IMG/VR virus record: IMGVR_UViG_3300037721_000067
Coordinates: 1 to 48,925 of that record
Strand: one strand, 5' to 3'
Source of the DNA: a virus
Lineage: Duplodnaviria > Caudoviricetes
Length of the DNA: 48,925 bases
The notes below the pieces were generated by a model. That model saw nothing but the letters and a program-made list of their open reading frames with translations. It searched no databases and was not told where the DNA came from. Below, piece after piece: positions 19,159-27,355 of this stretch. A program made the translations under genes and the position numbers. Position 1 is the first letter of the stretch, and every line of letters begins with the position of its first letter.

Positions 19159-19842
19159 TCAGGACAGCGGCGACAGGGCCACACAGCCGTCGGTGACGGC
19201 AGGCGGCGCAAGGTTGACCTTGTACAGCAGGTCGTGGGTGGTGGTGGTGATCGGCACGAACAGCGGCGACAGGACGTCGGCGTTGTCGTACTGGATGTTG
19301 TACGGGCCGACCCCCCACTGATTCCCGTCGTGGGTCAGGGCCTCGTTGACGGTGAAGGTCACCGCACCGTTCTCGATGGTCGGCTTACCCACGACACCCT
19401 GATAGAGCCACGGCATCAGGTAGTAACCCCACCGGCGGCCGAACGTGGTGCAGTCGGAGTTGGCGATCTTCATCCACACTTCGAGGGCGACGTTCGCGAT
19501 GCCGTACGCGGCGCTGTCGGTGGTGAACCCCTGCGGCTCGTCGTCGTCGTCGAGGACCAGCGGCGACCCGGTCATGATTTCGAACAGTTCCGGGTCGACC
19601 TCGCAGAACTCGATGGTCGCCTGAACGCCGTTGAGCAGCTTCGGGGTGTTCTGGTAGTAGCAGCGGGTCCCGTCGGCGAGGACCTGGGAGATCTCCTCGG
19701 GGGAGGTCTCCTGGTTCTCCAGTTCGATGCTGATGAAACCCTTGGAGACCACCGACGAACAGTTGCCGTAGTCGATGGCCCCGCACTCGTCCAGGCGGGT
19801 CGCCCGGATGCGGAGTCCTTGCAGGTAGCTGGCCTTCGCCAC
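19159..19842 (-). CDS. Major tail (tube) protein
   Basis: RIRATRLDECG, FCEVDPELF, WGYYLMPW and WGVGPY motifs of cluster-B-like tail tubes. Confidence 0.88.
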   Translation of the reverse strand: MAKASYLQGLRIRATRLDECGAIDYGNCSSVVSKGFISIELENQETSPEEISQVLADGTRCYYQNTPKLLNGVQATIEFCEVDPELFEIMTGSPLVLDDDDEPQGFTTDSAAYGIANVALEVWMKIANSDCTTFGRRWGYYLMPWLYQGVVGKPTIENGAVTFTVNEALTHDGNQWGVGPYNIQYDNADVLSPLFVPITTTTHDLLYKVNLAPPAVTDGCVALSPLS

Positions 19843-19845
19843 GGG

Positions 19846-20115
19846 TTACTCTCCTGTCCCTCGGGCCGTGCGGCGGGCACGCGCGGCGGTCTTCTTGGCG
19901 GGCGCGGCCTTCGTGGCCTTGCGGGGTGACGGGGCCGGGGCCTCGCCGGTGGTGTCGGTGGTTTCCAGCAGGGCCGACAGGTAGGTGTGGGCCTGGACCT
20001 CGGTGAGGACCACCCCTCCGTCGCCGAACCGGACACGCTCGCCGAGGATCTCGGCGACGGCGACGATCAGGTCCCGCGCCGACTGGCCCTCGTCTGGTCG
20101 GATGATGACGGTCAC
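19846..20115 (-). CDS. Small hypothetical protein with Lys/Ala-rich tail
   Basis: GTG overlaps the pentamer gene stop; 89 aa. Confidence 0.6.
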   Translation of the reverse strand: MTVIIRPDEGQSARDLIVAVAEILGERVRFGDGGVVLTEVQAHTYLSALLETTDTTGEAPAPSPRKATKAAPAKKTAARARRTARGTGE

Positions 20116-20912
20116 GAGACACCGCCTCCGGTGTAGGTGGCCACACCGGCCGCGCAGTCGTAGGCGATGGCCCACTCCCGTTCGGCCAGCATGTACAGCT
20201 GGTTGGTGGTGCGGTCGAGGACCTGCGCCCGCGGGGACACCGCCGGTTCCGGGGCGCGCCAGGTGGTGACGTGCCCGGTGATGTACACCGATCCGTCGTC
20301 GGGGTAGTCGCCGAACACCACGACCGTGCCGAGCCGGGTGCGGTACCGGCCCGCCTCGTCGCGGCGCAGGCCGAGCGCGTCGGTCAGCGACGCGTACCGC
20401 AGGGCCATGTGCAGGTAGCCGACGTTGCCGTATCCCTGCTCGCCTGCGTCGCCGCCGTACAGCCACTGTTCGAGAGAACCGACGACGGAGGCGAGGCTGG
20501 TCGGGTCGGCGGTCGCCACCGCGGTGGCGTTGGTGTCGAGGATGTCGCCCAGTTCCTGTTCCACCTGGGACTGTTCGCCGTTGACCAGGCGGCGCATCGT
20601 CTTGGTCTGCGCGCCGTCGCCGGGGTAGCCGACCGACCCGCACGTCAGCGACGCGTACGTCACGAACGGGGCGGCCTCCACCCAGTCGTCGGCCGGGTCG
20701 AAGATCTTCTCCGGCCGTTCTTCGGGGTCGGGGTCGAGGCACGCGGAGGGCAGACGGTGTGCGCCACCGCACGATGTGGGGTCGTAGGTGACGCCACCGC
20801 CGTACCCGCCCTGCGACGGCAGGTCGAGAGGGCCTGCCGCGGCGGTGAGCAGCCCGTATCGCTGGCCGAGCGGTTCCGGCGCGGTGACTGTTGGTGCCGG
20901 GACGATCGCCAC
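20112..20912 (-). CDS. Major capsid pentamer protein (cluster-B-like)
   Basis: Follows the hexamer gene; YGLLTAA, PFVTYASLTC, TRLGTVVVFG and TNQLYMLAER motifs. Confidence 0.75.
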   Translation of the reverse strand: MAIVPAPTVTAPEPLGQRYGLLTAAAGPLDLPSQGGYGGGVTYDPTSCGGAHRLPSACLDPDPEERPEKIFDPADDWVEAAPFVTYASLTCGSVGYPGDGAQTKTMRRLVNGEQSQVEQELGDILDTNATAVATADPTSLASVVGSLEQWLYGGDAGEQGYGNVGYLHMALRYASLTDALGLRRDEAGRYRTRLGTVVVFGDYPDDGSVYITGHVTTWRAPEPAVSPRAQVLDRTTNQLYMLAEREWAIAYDCAAGVATYTGGGVS

Positions 20913-20970
20913 GGACTACTCACCCCCTGATGGTTGTTGATCAACTAGGAGAATTCGGGGACCCCGCGGG

Positions 20971-22938
20971 TCAGGAGATGTCGCCGGTGCAGCAGCCCAC
21001 GACGCCGGACGGGTCGACCACGGCGGTGTACAGGCGGGTGATCGGACCCATCTGGAGCATCGCCCAGCCGTCCTCGGCGAACACCGCGGTGTACTCGTTG
21101 GTGGCCAGCAGGGTGGAGTCGTAGATGGTGTCCAGGGACACGACGTCCTGGACCGCCTTGACCCACGTGCCCGCCGGGTACGCCAGGAACTGCACCGTGG
21201 TCGGCAGGGCCGTCAGCGGGGTCGCGCCGCCGGGGCCGGTGCCCAGGCCGGAGTACTGGTCCTGCCAGTCGTACACGAACCGGGGGACCGCGTCGCGCTG
21301 CGCGAACCAGGCCATGATCTCGGAGTCCGCGAGGGACACCATGTCGACACCGCGGCGGCGGGTCGCGGCGGCCCGCATCTGGACCAGGACCCACATCGGC
21401 AGGACGATCTCCACCGTCGCGGCGAACCCCATCCGGGCCCGGTACTTGATGTCGGTGATGGCCAGGTCGACCGCGGCGAGCAGACCCGAGATGGCGTCGT
21501 CGCCGTTCGGGTCGGCGGGGATGACCACGGCCGCCCCGGAGTCCGCGACCATGGCCGCGATGACACCCTGGTTGATCTTGTGGGCCAGCGCGATCATCGC
21601 GCCGCGGGAGAACCGGCCCACCACCTCGGGGTAGCCGCGCCGTTGCAGCAGACCGCCGGTGAGGCAGACGTAGTCGACGCCCAGCCGGACGTCCTCGAAC
21701 GGCGGGCAGGGGATCTCGTAACACACCTTGTTGGTGTCGGCGATGACCTCGGCCTCGGTGAGGTGGGTGTCTCCGGCGTTGCCGATGCCCGACCAGATGG
21801 TGGAGAACTGCGGGCCGCCGTTCTCGGGGATCTGGAACCCGCCCCGCGACGCCTGGATCTCCGGGACGTCCAGCAGCCCGTCACGGGTCTCCAGCTCCAC
21901 CAGGTCGTAGATCGTCTCCGACGGGGCGCACCACCCGGCGGCGGCGGTCAGGGACCGGCCCGCGGCGACCGCGGCCGCGGCGGACGCGACCAGGGAGCTG
22001 CCGGGCAGACGCCGCTGGGACGCCGCGAACTCGGCGATCGACATCGGGTCGGGGCCGCCGTCGCGCATGCGCAGGTTCTCCGGGAACTCCCGGCGGATCT
22101 GCACCGCCCCGTGCCGGGCGAACTGCTGGATCTGGAACCGGCGGCCGGGCGCGTCCGGGTCGTACACGGTGACCGGCCGGTTGGCACCGGCGACCGGCTG
22201 GCGGCGGCCCGCGGGTGCGGACGGGTACCGGTCCAGGCGGGCGGAGACGGCGGCCTGGAGGTCGGCGAACCGGTCCAGGGTCTGCCCGGCGGCGAACCCG
22301 GGGACGTCGGCTGCGGCCGTCATGACGGCGTACACCTGCCGGTCGGCGTCGGCGGGGACCTGCGCCGCGGGGGCGCGGTTCGCGACGGTCCGGACCGACG
22401 GGGCCGCCGGGCGGGCCGCGGTGACCGCGGCGGGCTCGGGGTCGGCGGCGGCGGTGGGTTCCGGGGCGGGTTCCGGCTCGGGTTCCGGGGCGGGCTCCGG
22501 TTCCGGCGCGGGCGTGGGGTCGGTGGCGACCGGGGCGTCCAGGACGGCGAACGCGCCGTCGAGGTCGAGGGTCGCGCTGGCCGCGGTCGCGGCGCGGTCG
22601 CGGCGGCCGGTGATCTCTCCGGCCACCGTGGTGGCCAGGTCCCGGCAGGCGGTCAGCGCGCGGACCGTGTCGGCGGTCGTCTTGTCGGGGGACAGGCCGG
22701 TGAAGGTGGCCGCGTGCTGGCGGATCTGGCCCAGCACGGTGCGGAGTTCGTCGTCGCTGACCGAGGTGAGGTCGGCGGGGACGGGGAACGGGAACACGTA
22801 CGCGTCCGGCGGCGTGGGCGTGGGACCGGGGTCGGTGTCGTCGCCACCACCGGCGACGAGGATCGGGGTACCGCGTTTGGTGTAGCCGATCAGGTCACCG
22901 GCACGCGACGGGCGGTAGGAACGGGCAGTGTGGCGCAT
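20971..22938 (-). CDS. Major capsid hexamer protein with N-terminal scaffold-like region
   Basis: SLTAAAGWCAPSETIYD, RGYPEVV and YDSTLLATNEYTAVFAEDG motifs; ATG 22938 with RBS GAAGGGG; PEPEP linker. Confidence 0.9.
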   Translation of the reverse strand: MRHTARSYRPSRAGDLIGYTKRGTPILVAGGGDDTDPGPTPTPPDAYVFPFPVPADLTSVSDDELRTVLGQIRQHAATFTGLSPDKTTADTVRALTACRDLATTVAGEITGRRDRAATAASATLDLDGAFAVLDAPVATDPTPAPEPEPAPEPEPEPAPEPTAAADPEPAAVTAARPAAPSVRTVANRAPAAQVPADADRQVYAVMTAAADVPGFAAGQTLDRFADLQAAVSARLDRYPSAPAGRRQPVAGANRPVTVYDPDAPGRRFQIQQFARHGAVQIRREFPENLRMRDGGPDPMSIAEFAASQRRLPGSSLVASAAAAVAAGRSLTAAAGWCAPSETIYDLVELETRDGLLDVPEIQASRGGFQIPENGGPQFSTIWSGIGNAGDTHLTEAEVIADTNKVCYEIPCPPFEDVRLGVDYVCLTGGLLQRRGYPEVVGRFSRGAMIALAHKINQGVIAAMVADSGAAVVIPADPNGDDAISGLLAAVDLAITDIKYRARMGFAATVEIVLPMWVLVQMRAAATRRRGVDMVSLADSEIMAWFAQRDAVPRFVYDWQDQYSGLGTGPGGATPLTALPTTVQFLAYPAGTWVKAVQDVVSLDTIYDSTLLATNEYTAVFAEDGWAMLQMGPITRLYTAVVDPSGVVGCCTGDIS

Positions 22939-22972
22939 GACGGTAACCCCTTCACAGGGTCCTGACGCCCAG

Positions 22973-23030
22973 CCGGACCGCAGCGGCCTGGTACGTGCGC
23001 GCAACGCTCGACCGACCGGACCGCAGCGGC
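22973..23030 (-). repeat. 15-bp direct repeat forming tandem hairpins in the capsid 5' leader
   Basis: CCGGACCGCAGCGGC at 22973-87 and 23016-30; -10-like TATCGT at 23053-58 (minus strand). Confidence 0.75.
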
Positions 23031-23131
23031 GTCGGGAGCGTTGTTGATCAGCACGATAGCGGGGGTTGCCCCTGGTGGGAACCGGACACACGGCTGGACT
23101 GCCGTGAGGTGGTGCCCGGCCCGGCCCAGAA

Positions 23132-23197
23132 ATCCCCCCCATCCTGTTGACTACTTCTGGGTTGCCCGGGTAATGTCATGGGTGTCAGGGAGACACC
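23132..23197 (+). promoter_or_regulatory. Conserved extended promoter P1 plus GGTGTC-AGGGA-GACACC hairpin
   Basis: TTGACT 23147-52, 18 nt, TAATGT 23171-76. Confidence 0.85.
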
Positions 23198-23215
23198 GAC
23201 CCGGGAGGAACCGAG

Positions 23216-23590
23216 ATGAACTACGACGAGATCAACGCCACCGCTGCCGCCTACGGCGTCGTGAACACCAACCCGATGACCGAGCAGCTCGCGGAGTACC
23301 GCGACAAGATCGACTACTCCCGGCGGGTGCAGCTCACGGATAAGGACCTCGTCAGGATCACCCGGCTCCGGCTGCTCGGCGACCCCGGCCCGTACGCGTT
23401 CCCGTTCTTCGACGTCTCGTACTGCTACGGCGAGCTGGCCGACGGCACCGTGGTCGACGTCCAGCTCCCGCAGTGGCAGTTCCCGAAGCGCGGCGTGCGC
23501 CGCCACATCACCGACATGTGCCGCAAGGCGGGCGTGTACGGCAAGGGCCTCGGGATCATCGACGACGAGGTCCTGTCGATCTGCATGTGA
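23216..23590 (+). CDS. Hypothetical protein
   Basis: 124 aa; RBS GGAGG; strong codon bias; flanked by promoter and terminator. Confidence 0.85.
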   Translation: MNYDEINATAAAYGVVNTNPMTEQLAEYRDKIDYSRRVQLTDKDLVRITRLRLLGDPGPYAFPFFDVSYCYGELADGTVVDVQLPQWQFPKRGVRRHITDMCRKAGVYGKGLGIIDDEVLSICM

Positions 23591-23599
23591 TCGATAGCG

Positions 23600-23640
23600 G
23601 TCAACGTCCCCGGGGGATTTCATCTCCCGGGGGCGTTGAC
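23600..23640. terminator. GTCAAC...GTTGAC family hairpin/terminator
   Basis: GTCAACGTCCCCGGGGG-loop-CTCCCGGGGGCGTTGAC after the stop codon. Confidence 0.7.
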
Positions 23641-23690
23641 GCGCTCCCCGTCAGTGCGGGGGGAGTGGTGGCGGTCACACCACCCGCCGG

Positions 23691-23734
23691 ACAACCCCCA
23701 CCGTGTTGACTATTTACGGGTGACCGCCTATCGT
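23691..23734 (+). promoter_or_regulatory. Conserved extended promoter P2
   Basis: TTGACT 23706-11, 17 nt, TATCGT 23729-34. Confidence 0.8.
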
Positions 23735-23792
23735 CTGACCCCGGTTCACCCCCCGCATTCCACCGCACCCCGACACCCCGACGGAGAACACC

Positions 23793-25094
23793 ATCACCAC
23801 CACCGACACACCCCGCCAACGGGTCCTGATCCTCGGACAGGGCTACGTCGGCCTGCCCCTTGCCAGGGCGGCCGTCGCCGCAGGCCACGACGTGACCGGC
23901 TTCGACACCGACGCCGCGAAGGTCGCCGCGATCGCCAAGAACGCGTCGCCCATCGACGACGTCACCGACCACGACCTGACGGCCATGCACGCCGCGGGCA
24001 CCTACCGCTGCTCCGACGACCCGTCGATCCTGTTCGCAGGGTTCGACACCGCCGTGGTCACCGTCCCCACCCCGTTGAAGAACGGCGCACCGGACCTGAC
24101 CGCCGTCCTGTCCGCGGCCCGCACGATCGGCTGCCACGTCCGCCCCGGCGCACTGGTCGTCCTGGAGTCCACCGTCGCCCCCGGCACCACCCGCGGCGCA
24201 TTCACCGAAGCCCTCGCCGCACCGGGCGTGCACGTCGCGTTCAGCCCGGAACGCATCGACCCGGGCAACCAGCTGTGGACGTTCGAGCGGACCCCGAAAC
24301 TCGTCGGCGGCACCAGCATCACCGCCACCCAGCTCGCGTGCGACTTCTACAACACCGTGTGCAAGGTCGTCGTGCCCGTCGACGACGCCGAGGTCGCCGA
24401 GGCCGCGAAGCTGCTGGAGAACACCTACCGGCACGTGAACGTCGCCCTCGTCAACGAACTGGGCCGTCACCTGCACGGCCTGGACATCGACGTGTGGCAG
24501 GTGATCGAGGCCGCCGCGACCAAGCCGTACGGGTTCCAGGCGTTCTACCCCGGACCCGGCGTCGGCGGGCACTGCCTGCCGATCGACCCCGCGTACCTGT
24601 CCGACGTCGTGGAACGCCTCACCGGCAACCCGTTCCGGTTCGTGGACCTGGCCATGCAGATCAACGCGTCCCAGCCCGGGTACGTGGTGCAGCGCGTCGC
24701 CGAGCTGCTCAACGAGGCCCGGCTGCCGGTGAACGGGTCGACCATCGTGGCCCTGGGCGCGACCTACAAACGCGACAGCGGCGACCTGCGCGAGTCCCCG
24801 GCCCTGCCGGTCATCCGGCGTCTGGCCGAACTCGGCGCGCACGTGCAGGTGTGCGACCCGCACGCCGACCAGCAGGCCCTGGCCGGTCTCGCCGTCGACA
24901 TCCCCGACGGGGTGACCGTGATCGGCCTGGACGAGCTGGGCGGCAGGCTCGGCGGCTGCCACGCCGCGGTGCTGCTGACCGACCACACCGGCTTCCCCTA
25001 CCACCTGCTGGCGAACGGCCTGGCCCCGCGCGTCCTGGACACCCGCGGCCGGTTCATCGCGTGCGCGAACGCCACGAACGTCACCACCCTCTAA
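23793..25094 (+). CDS. Nucleotide-sugar dehydrogenase (UDP-HexNAc dehydrogenase WecC/WbpA-like); apparent ATC start
   Basis: Rossmann motif GQGYVG upstream of the called GTG; SPERIDPGN, KLLENTYRHVN, PGPGVGGHC and DLRESP motifs. Confidence 0.92.
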   Translation: MTTTDTPRQRVLILGQGYVGLPLARAAVAAGHDVTGFDTDAAKVAAIAKNASPIDDVTDHDLTAMHAAGTYRCSDDPSILFAGFDTAVVTVPTPLKNGAPDLTAVLSAARTIGCHVRPGALVVLESTVAPGTTRGAFTEALAAPGVHVAFSPERIDPGNQLWTFERTPKLVGGTSITATQLACDFYNTVCKVVVPVDDAEVAEAAKLLENTYRHVNVALVNELGRHLHGLDIDVWQVIEAAATKPYGFQAFYPGPGVGGHCLPIDPAYLSDVVERLTGNPFRFVDLAMQINASQPGYVVQRVAELLNEARLPVNGSTIVALGATYKRDSGDLRESPALPVIRRLAELGAHVQVCDPHADQQALAGLAVDIPDGVTVIGLDELGGRLGGCHAAVLLTDHTGFPYHLLANGLAPRVLDTRGRFIACANATNVTTL

Positions 25095-25152
25095 AGACCC
25101 TCGGTAAACGGCACCCCGCTGTTTCACGAAATGGAATAGGAAAGGTACACCA

Positions 25153-25332
25153 ATGTACGGGAACGCACTCCCTAAGACTGGCATCGCGAGTATTGCGATC
25201 GGTGCCGGTGGAGCAACCGTCAATGCGCCGCTGCCGCTGGTAATCGCCGCGATCGGGCTGGGAATCGTCACCGCAGGCGTCGTCCTGGTCCGTGTCGGTT
25301 TCCGTCGCCGGAAGGGTGTCGGCCAGGCATGA
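25153..25332 (+). CDS. 59-aa micropeptide consisting of an LPXTG-type sorting signal (not in ORF track)
   Basis: RBS GGAAAGG; MYGNA-LPKTG-hydrophobic stretch-RRRK; stop overlaps the GT2 start (ATGA). Confidence 0.8.
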   Translation: MYGNALPKTGIASIAIGAGGATVNAPLPLVIAAIGLGIVTAGVVLVRVGFRRRKGVGQA

Positions 25333-27242
25333 GAAACGGGAGTCGTAAGGCTCCCCTGACAGCGACCTACCGGAAGCGCCGGGCGTTGCTCGGCGCTTCC
25401 GTCGTGTTCGCACTCCTCGCTGTCTGGGGTATTCACCACGTCATCGCCATCAATCAGGTCGTCACCACCGGCGTGCCGAAACTGGCCGTGTTGTACGCGG
25501 CCCTGTTCGTGATGCTGGTGTGGCAGACGTTCTACGGGTACTTCGAGAAAGCGCACACCGTCACCGCCGAGCAATGGGGCCGCCTTCAGGAGTTGAAGGT
25601 GGCGGTGATCGTGCCGTTGTACAACGAGGACCCGCAGATCGTGCGCGAGTCGATCGAGTCGATGCTGCGGCAGTCGCGGCCCATTCAGGCGATCAGCGTC
25701 TGTGACGACGGGTCCAACCTGGTCGACTACTACGACGTCGAGCAATGGTTCTACGCCGCGTGCGAACGGGCCGGGGTCGTCGGCTACTGGACGCGTCACC
25801 AGAACGCGGGCAAGCGCCACGCGCAGGTGACCGCCGAACAGCACGTCACGTGGTGCGACGTGTACGCGCTGGTGGACAGCGACAGCGTGATGGACGTGGA
25901 TGCCACCCAGGAGGCGCTGAAGCCGTTCGCCGACCCCGAGGTGATGTCGGTGGCGTCGATGGTCGCCGCCGCGAACACCCGACAGAACCTGTTCACCCGC
26001 GTCATGGACCTGTGGTACGTGGGGCTCCAGTTCACCGACCGGTCGATCATGTCGCGGTTCAACAGCGTGCTGGTGAATTACGGCGCGCTGGCCTATTACC
26101 GGGCCGAGGTGCTCCACGACAACATCGACGCCTACCTGAACGAGACGTTCGCCGGTCAGTCGATGAAGATCAGCGATGACAGCCTGTTGACGTTGTTCGC
26201 GTTGACCAAAGGCAAGACGGTCCAGCAGATCACCTCGTGGGCGTTCACCTATATGCCGACGAATTTCAAGCACCACAAGAACCAGCAGATCCGGTGGATG
26301 CGCGGATCGTTCATCAGGTCTCTGTGGCGGTTTCGGTATCTGCCTGCCGCCCGGTTCGCGTTCTGGGGTCACCTGTTCAAATGGTTCCAGTACGTCATCG
26401 CCACGGCTGCTTTCTTCGGGGTGCTGCTGACGCAGGACATGACCAGTCCAGAGACGATCGGGACGATTCTGCTGATCCAGTCGTGCATCTACTACGGGCT
26501 GATGCTGCGGTATCTGACGGTGCAGCGCAGCGACGAATCCACCTGGTACCAGATCGGCACCTGGGCGATGACTCCGATTGCGGCGATGTGGGCGGCCACG
26601 TTCCTGCGGGTGTGGCGTCTGTACGCGATGGCCACGTGCGTGAACATGGCGTGGGGGACCCGCAACAAGGTGGAGGTGAGCGCGGCGGCCGGTGGGCATC
26701 GGCGACCGCGGGCCACGGCGCGGGTCGTCGCGGTCGGCTCGTTCCTCGTGCTGGCGTTCGTGGGCTCGGGCTGGTTCTTCCTGAGCAACACCGACCCGGC
26801 CCCGAACTCCGTCGTCGCGCAGGCGCAGGACGCGGGGATGGTCCCCGATCACCTCGCCGAGCTGTTCCCGCGGCCGTCGGTGTCGCCGTCGCCGACGGAG
26901 ACGGCGGTGCCGGTCGTGGTGGTCCCTGAACCCACCAGGACGCGTCAGCCGGTCCAGGGTGTCCCTGCCCCTGCCCGCACGTCGGACAGGCCGTCTGCGA
27001 CGCCCACGCCGGGCCGGACGACGCAGCCGGTGCGGACCACGTCCCCGACCCGGACCCCGTCGCCGACGCAGACCACGACCGACCCCGGCCCCGTCGAGAC
27101 GACGACCTCCCCGGAGGAGACGGACACGCCGCAGAGCACGGAGGACCCGGAGGTCCCGGAGGTTCCCGAGGTGCCGGAGGTGGTGGAGACCGTGTCGGTC
27201 GACGTCGTCCCGGACGGCGTGGTGTCGGAGCCGGTCGGCTAG
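25329..27242 (+). CDS. Processive GT2 glycosyltransferase, hyaluronan synthase/NodC-like, with extra TM and Pro/Thr-rich tail
   Basis: PLYNED, DDGS, GKRHAQ, DSDS, SDD, QQIRW (QxxRW) and WGTR motifs; multiple TM segments. Confidence 0.9.
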   Translation: MRNGSRKAPLTATYRKRRALLGASVVFALLAVWGIHHVIAINQVVTTGVPKLAVLYAALFVMLVWQTFYGYFEKAHTVTAEQWGRLQELKVAVIVPLYNEDPQIVRESIESMLRQSRPIQAISVCDDGSNLVDYYDVEQWFYAACERAGVVGYWTRHQNAGKRHAQVTAEQHVTWCDVYALVDSDSVMDVDATQEALKPFADPEVMSVASMVAAANTRQNLFTRVMDLWYVGLQFTDRSIMSRFNSVLVNYGALAYYRAEVLHDNIDAYLNETFAGQSMKISDDSLLTLFALTKGKTVQQITSWAFTYMPTNFKHHKNQQIRWMRGSFIRSLWRFRYLPAARFAFWGHLFKWFQYVIATAAFFGVLLTQDMTSPETIGTILLIQSCIYYGLMLRYLTVQRSDESTWYQIGTWAMTPIAAMWAATFLRVWRLYAMATCVNMAWGTRNKVEVSAAAGGHRRPRATARVVAVGSFLVLAFVGSGWFFLSNTDPAPNSVVAQAQDAGMVPDHLAELFPRPSVSPSPTETAVPVVVVPEPTRTRQPVQGVPAPARTSDRPSATPTPGRTTQPVRTTSPTRTPSPTQTTTDPGPVETTTSPEETDTPQSTEDPEVPEVPEVPEVVETVSVDVVPDGVVSEPVG

Positions 27243-27261
27243 GCCCCCCGGCGGGTCCGTG

Positions 27262-27335
27262 TCAACACCCCTGGGGAAATCACCCCAGGGGTGTTGATTC
27301 ATTTGGGGGTAGCGGGTATTGTTCGGGGTGTCAGG
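27262..27335 (+). promoter_or_regulatory. Terminator hairpin fused to promoter P3
   Basis: Perfect 15-bp IR 27262-76/27283-97 whose 3' arm holds most of TTGATT (27294-99); TATTGT 27317-22; GGTGTCAGG. Confidence 0.85.
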
Positions 27336-27355
27336 CGAACAGGAAGGACGGACCG

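Noticed and set aside
22430-22520. Short tandem GGTTCCGG-type repeats
   Set aside because: They simply encode the PEPEPA linker of the capsid precursor
23601-27302. 1233-aa minus-strand ORF (and similar long antisense ORFs such as 5783..8299, 17235..19196, 45832..47862)
   Set aside because: Shadow frames of real genes in high-GC DNA; Arg/Gly/His-rich with no motifs
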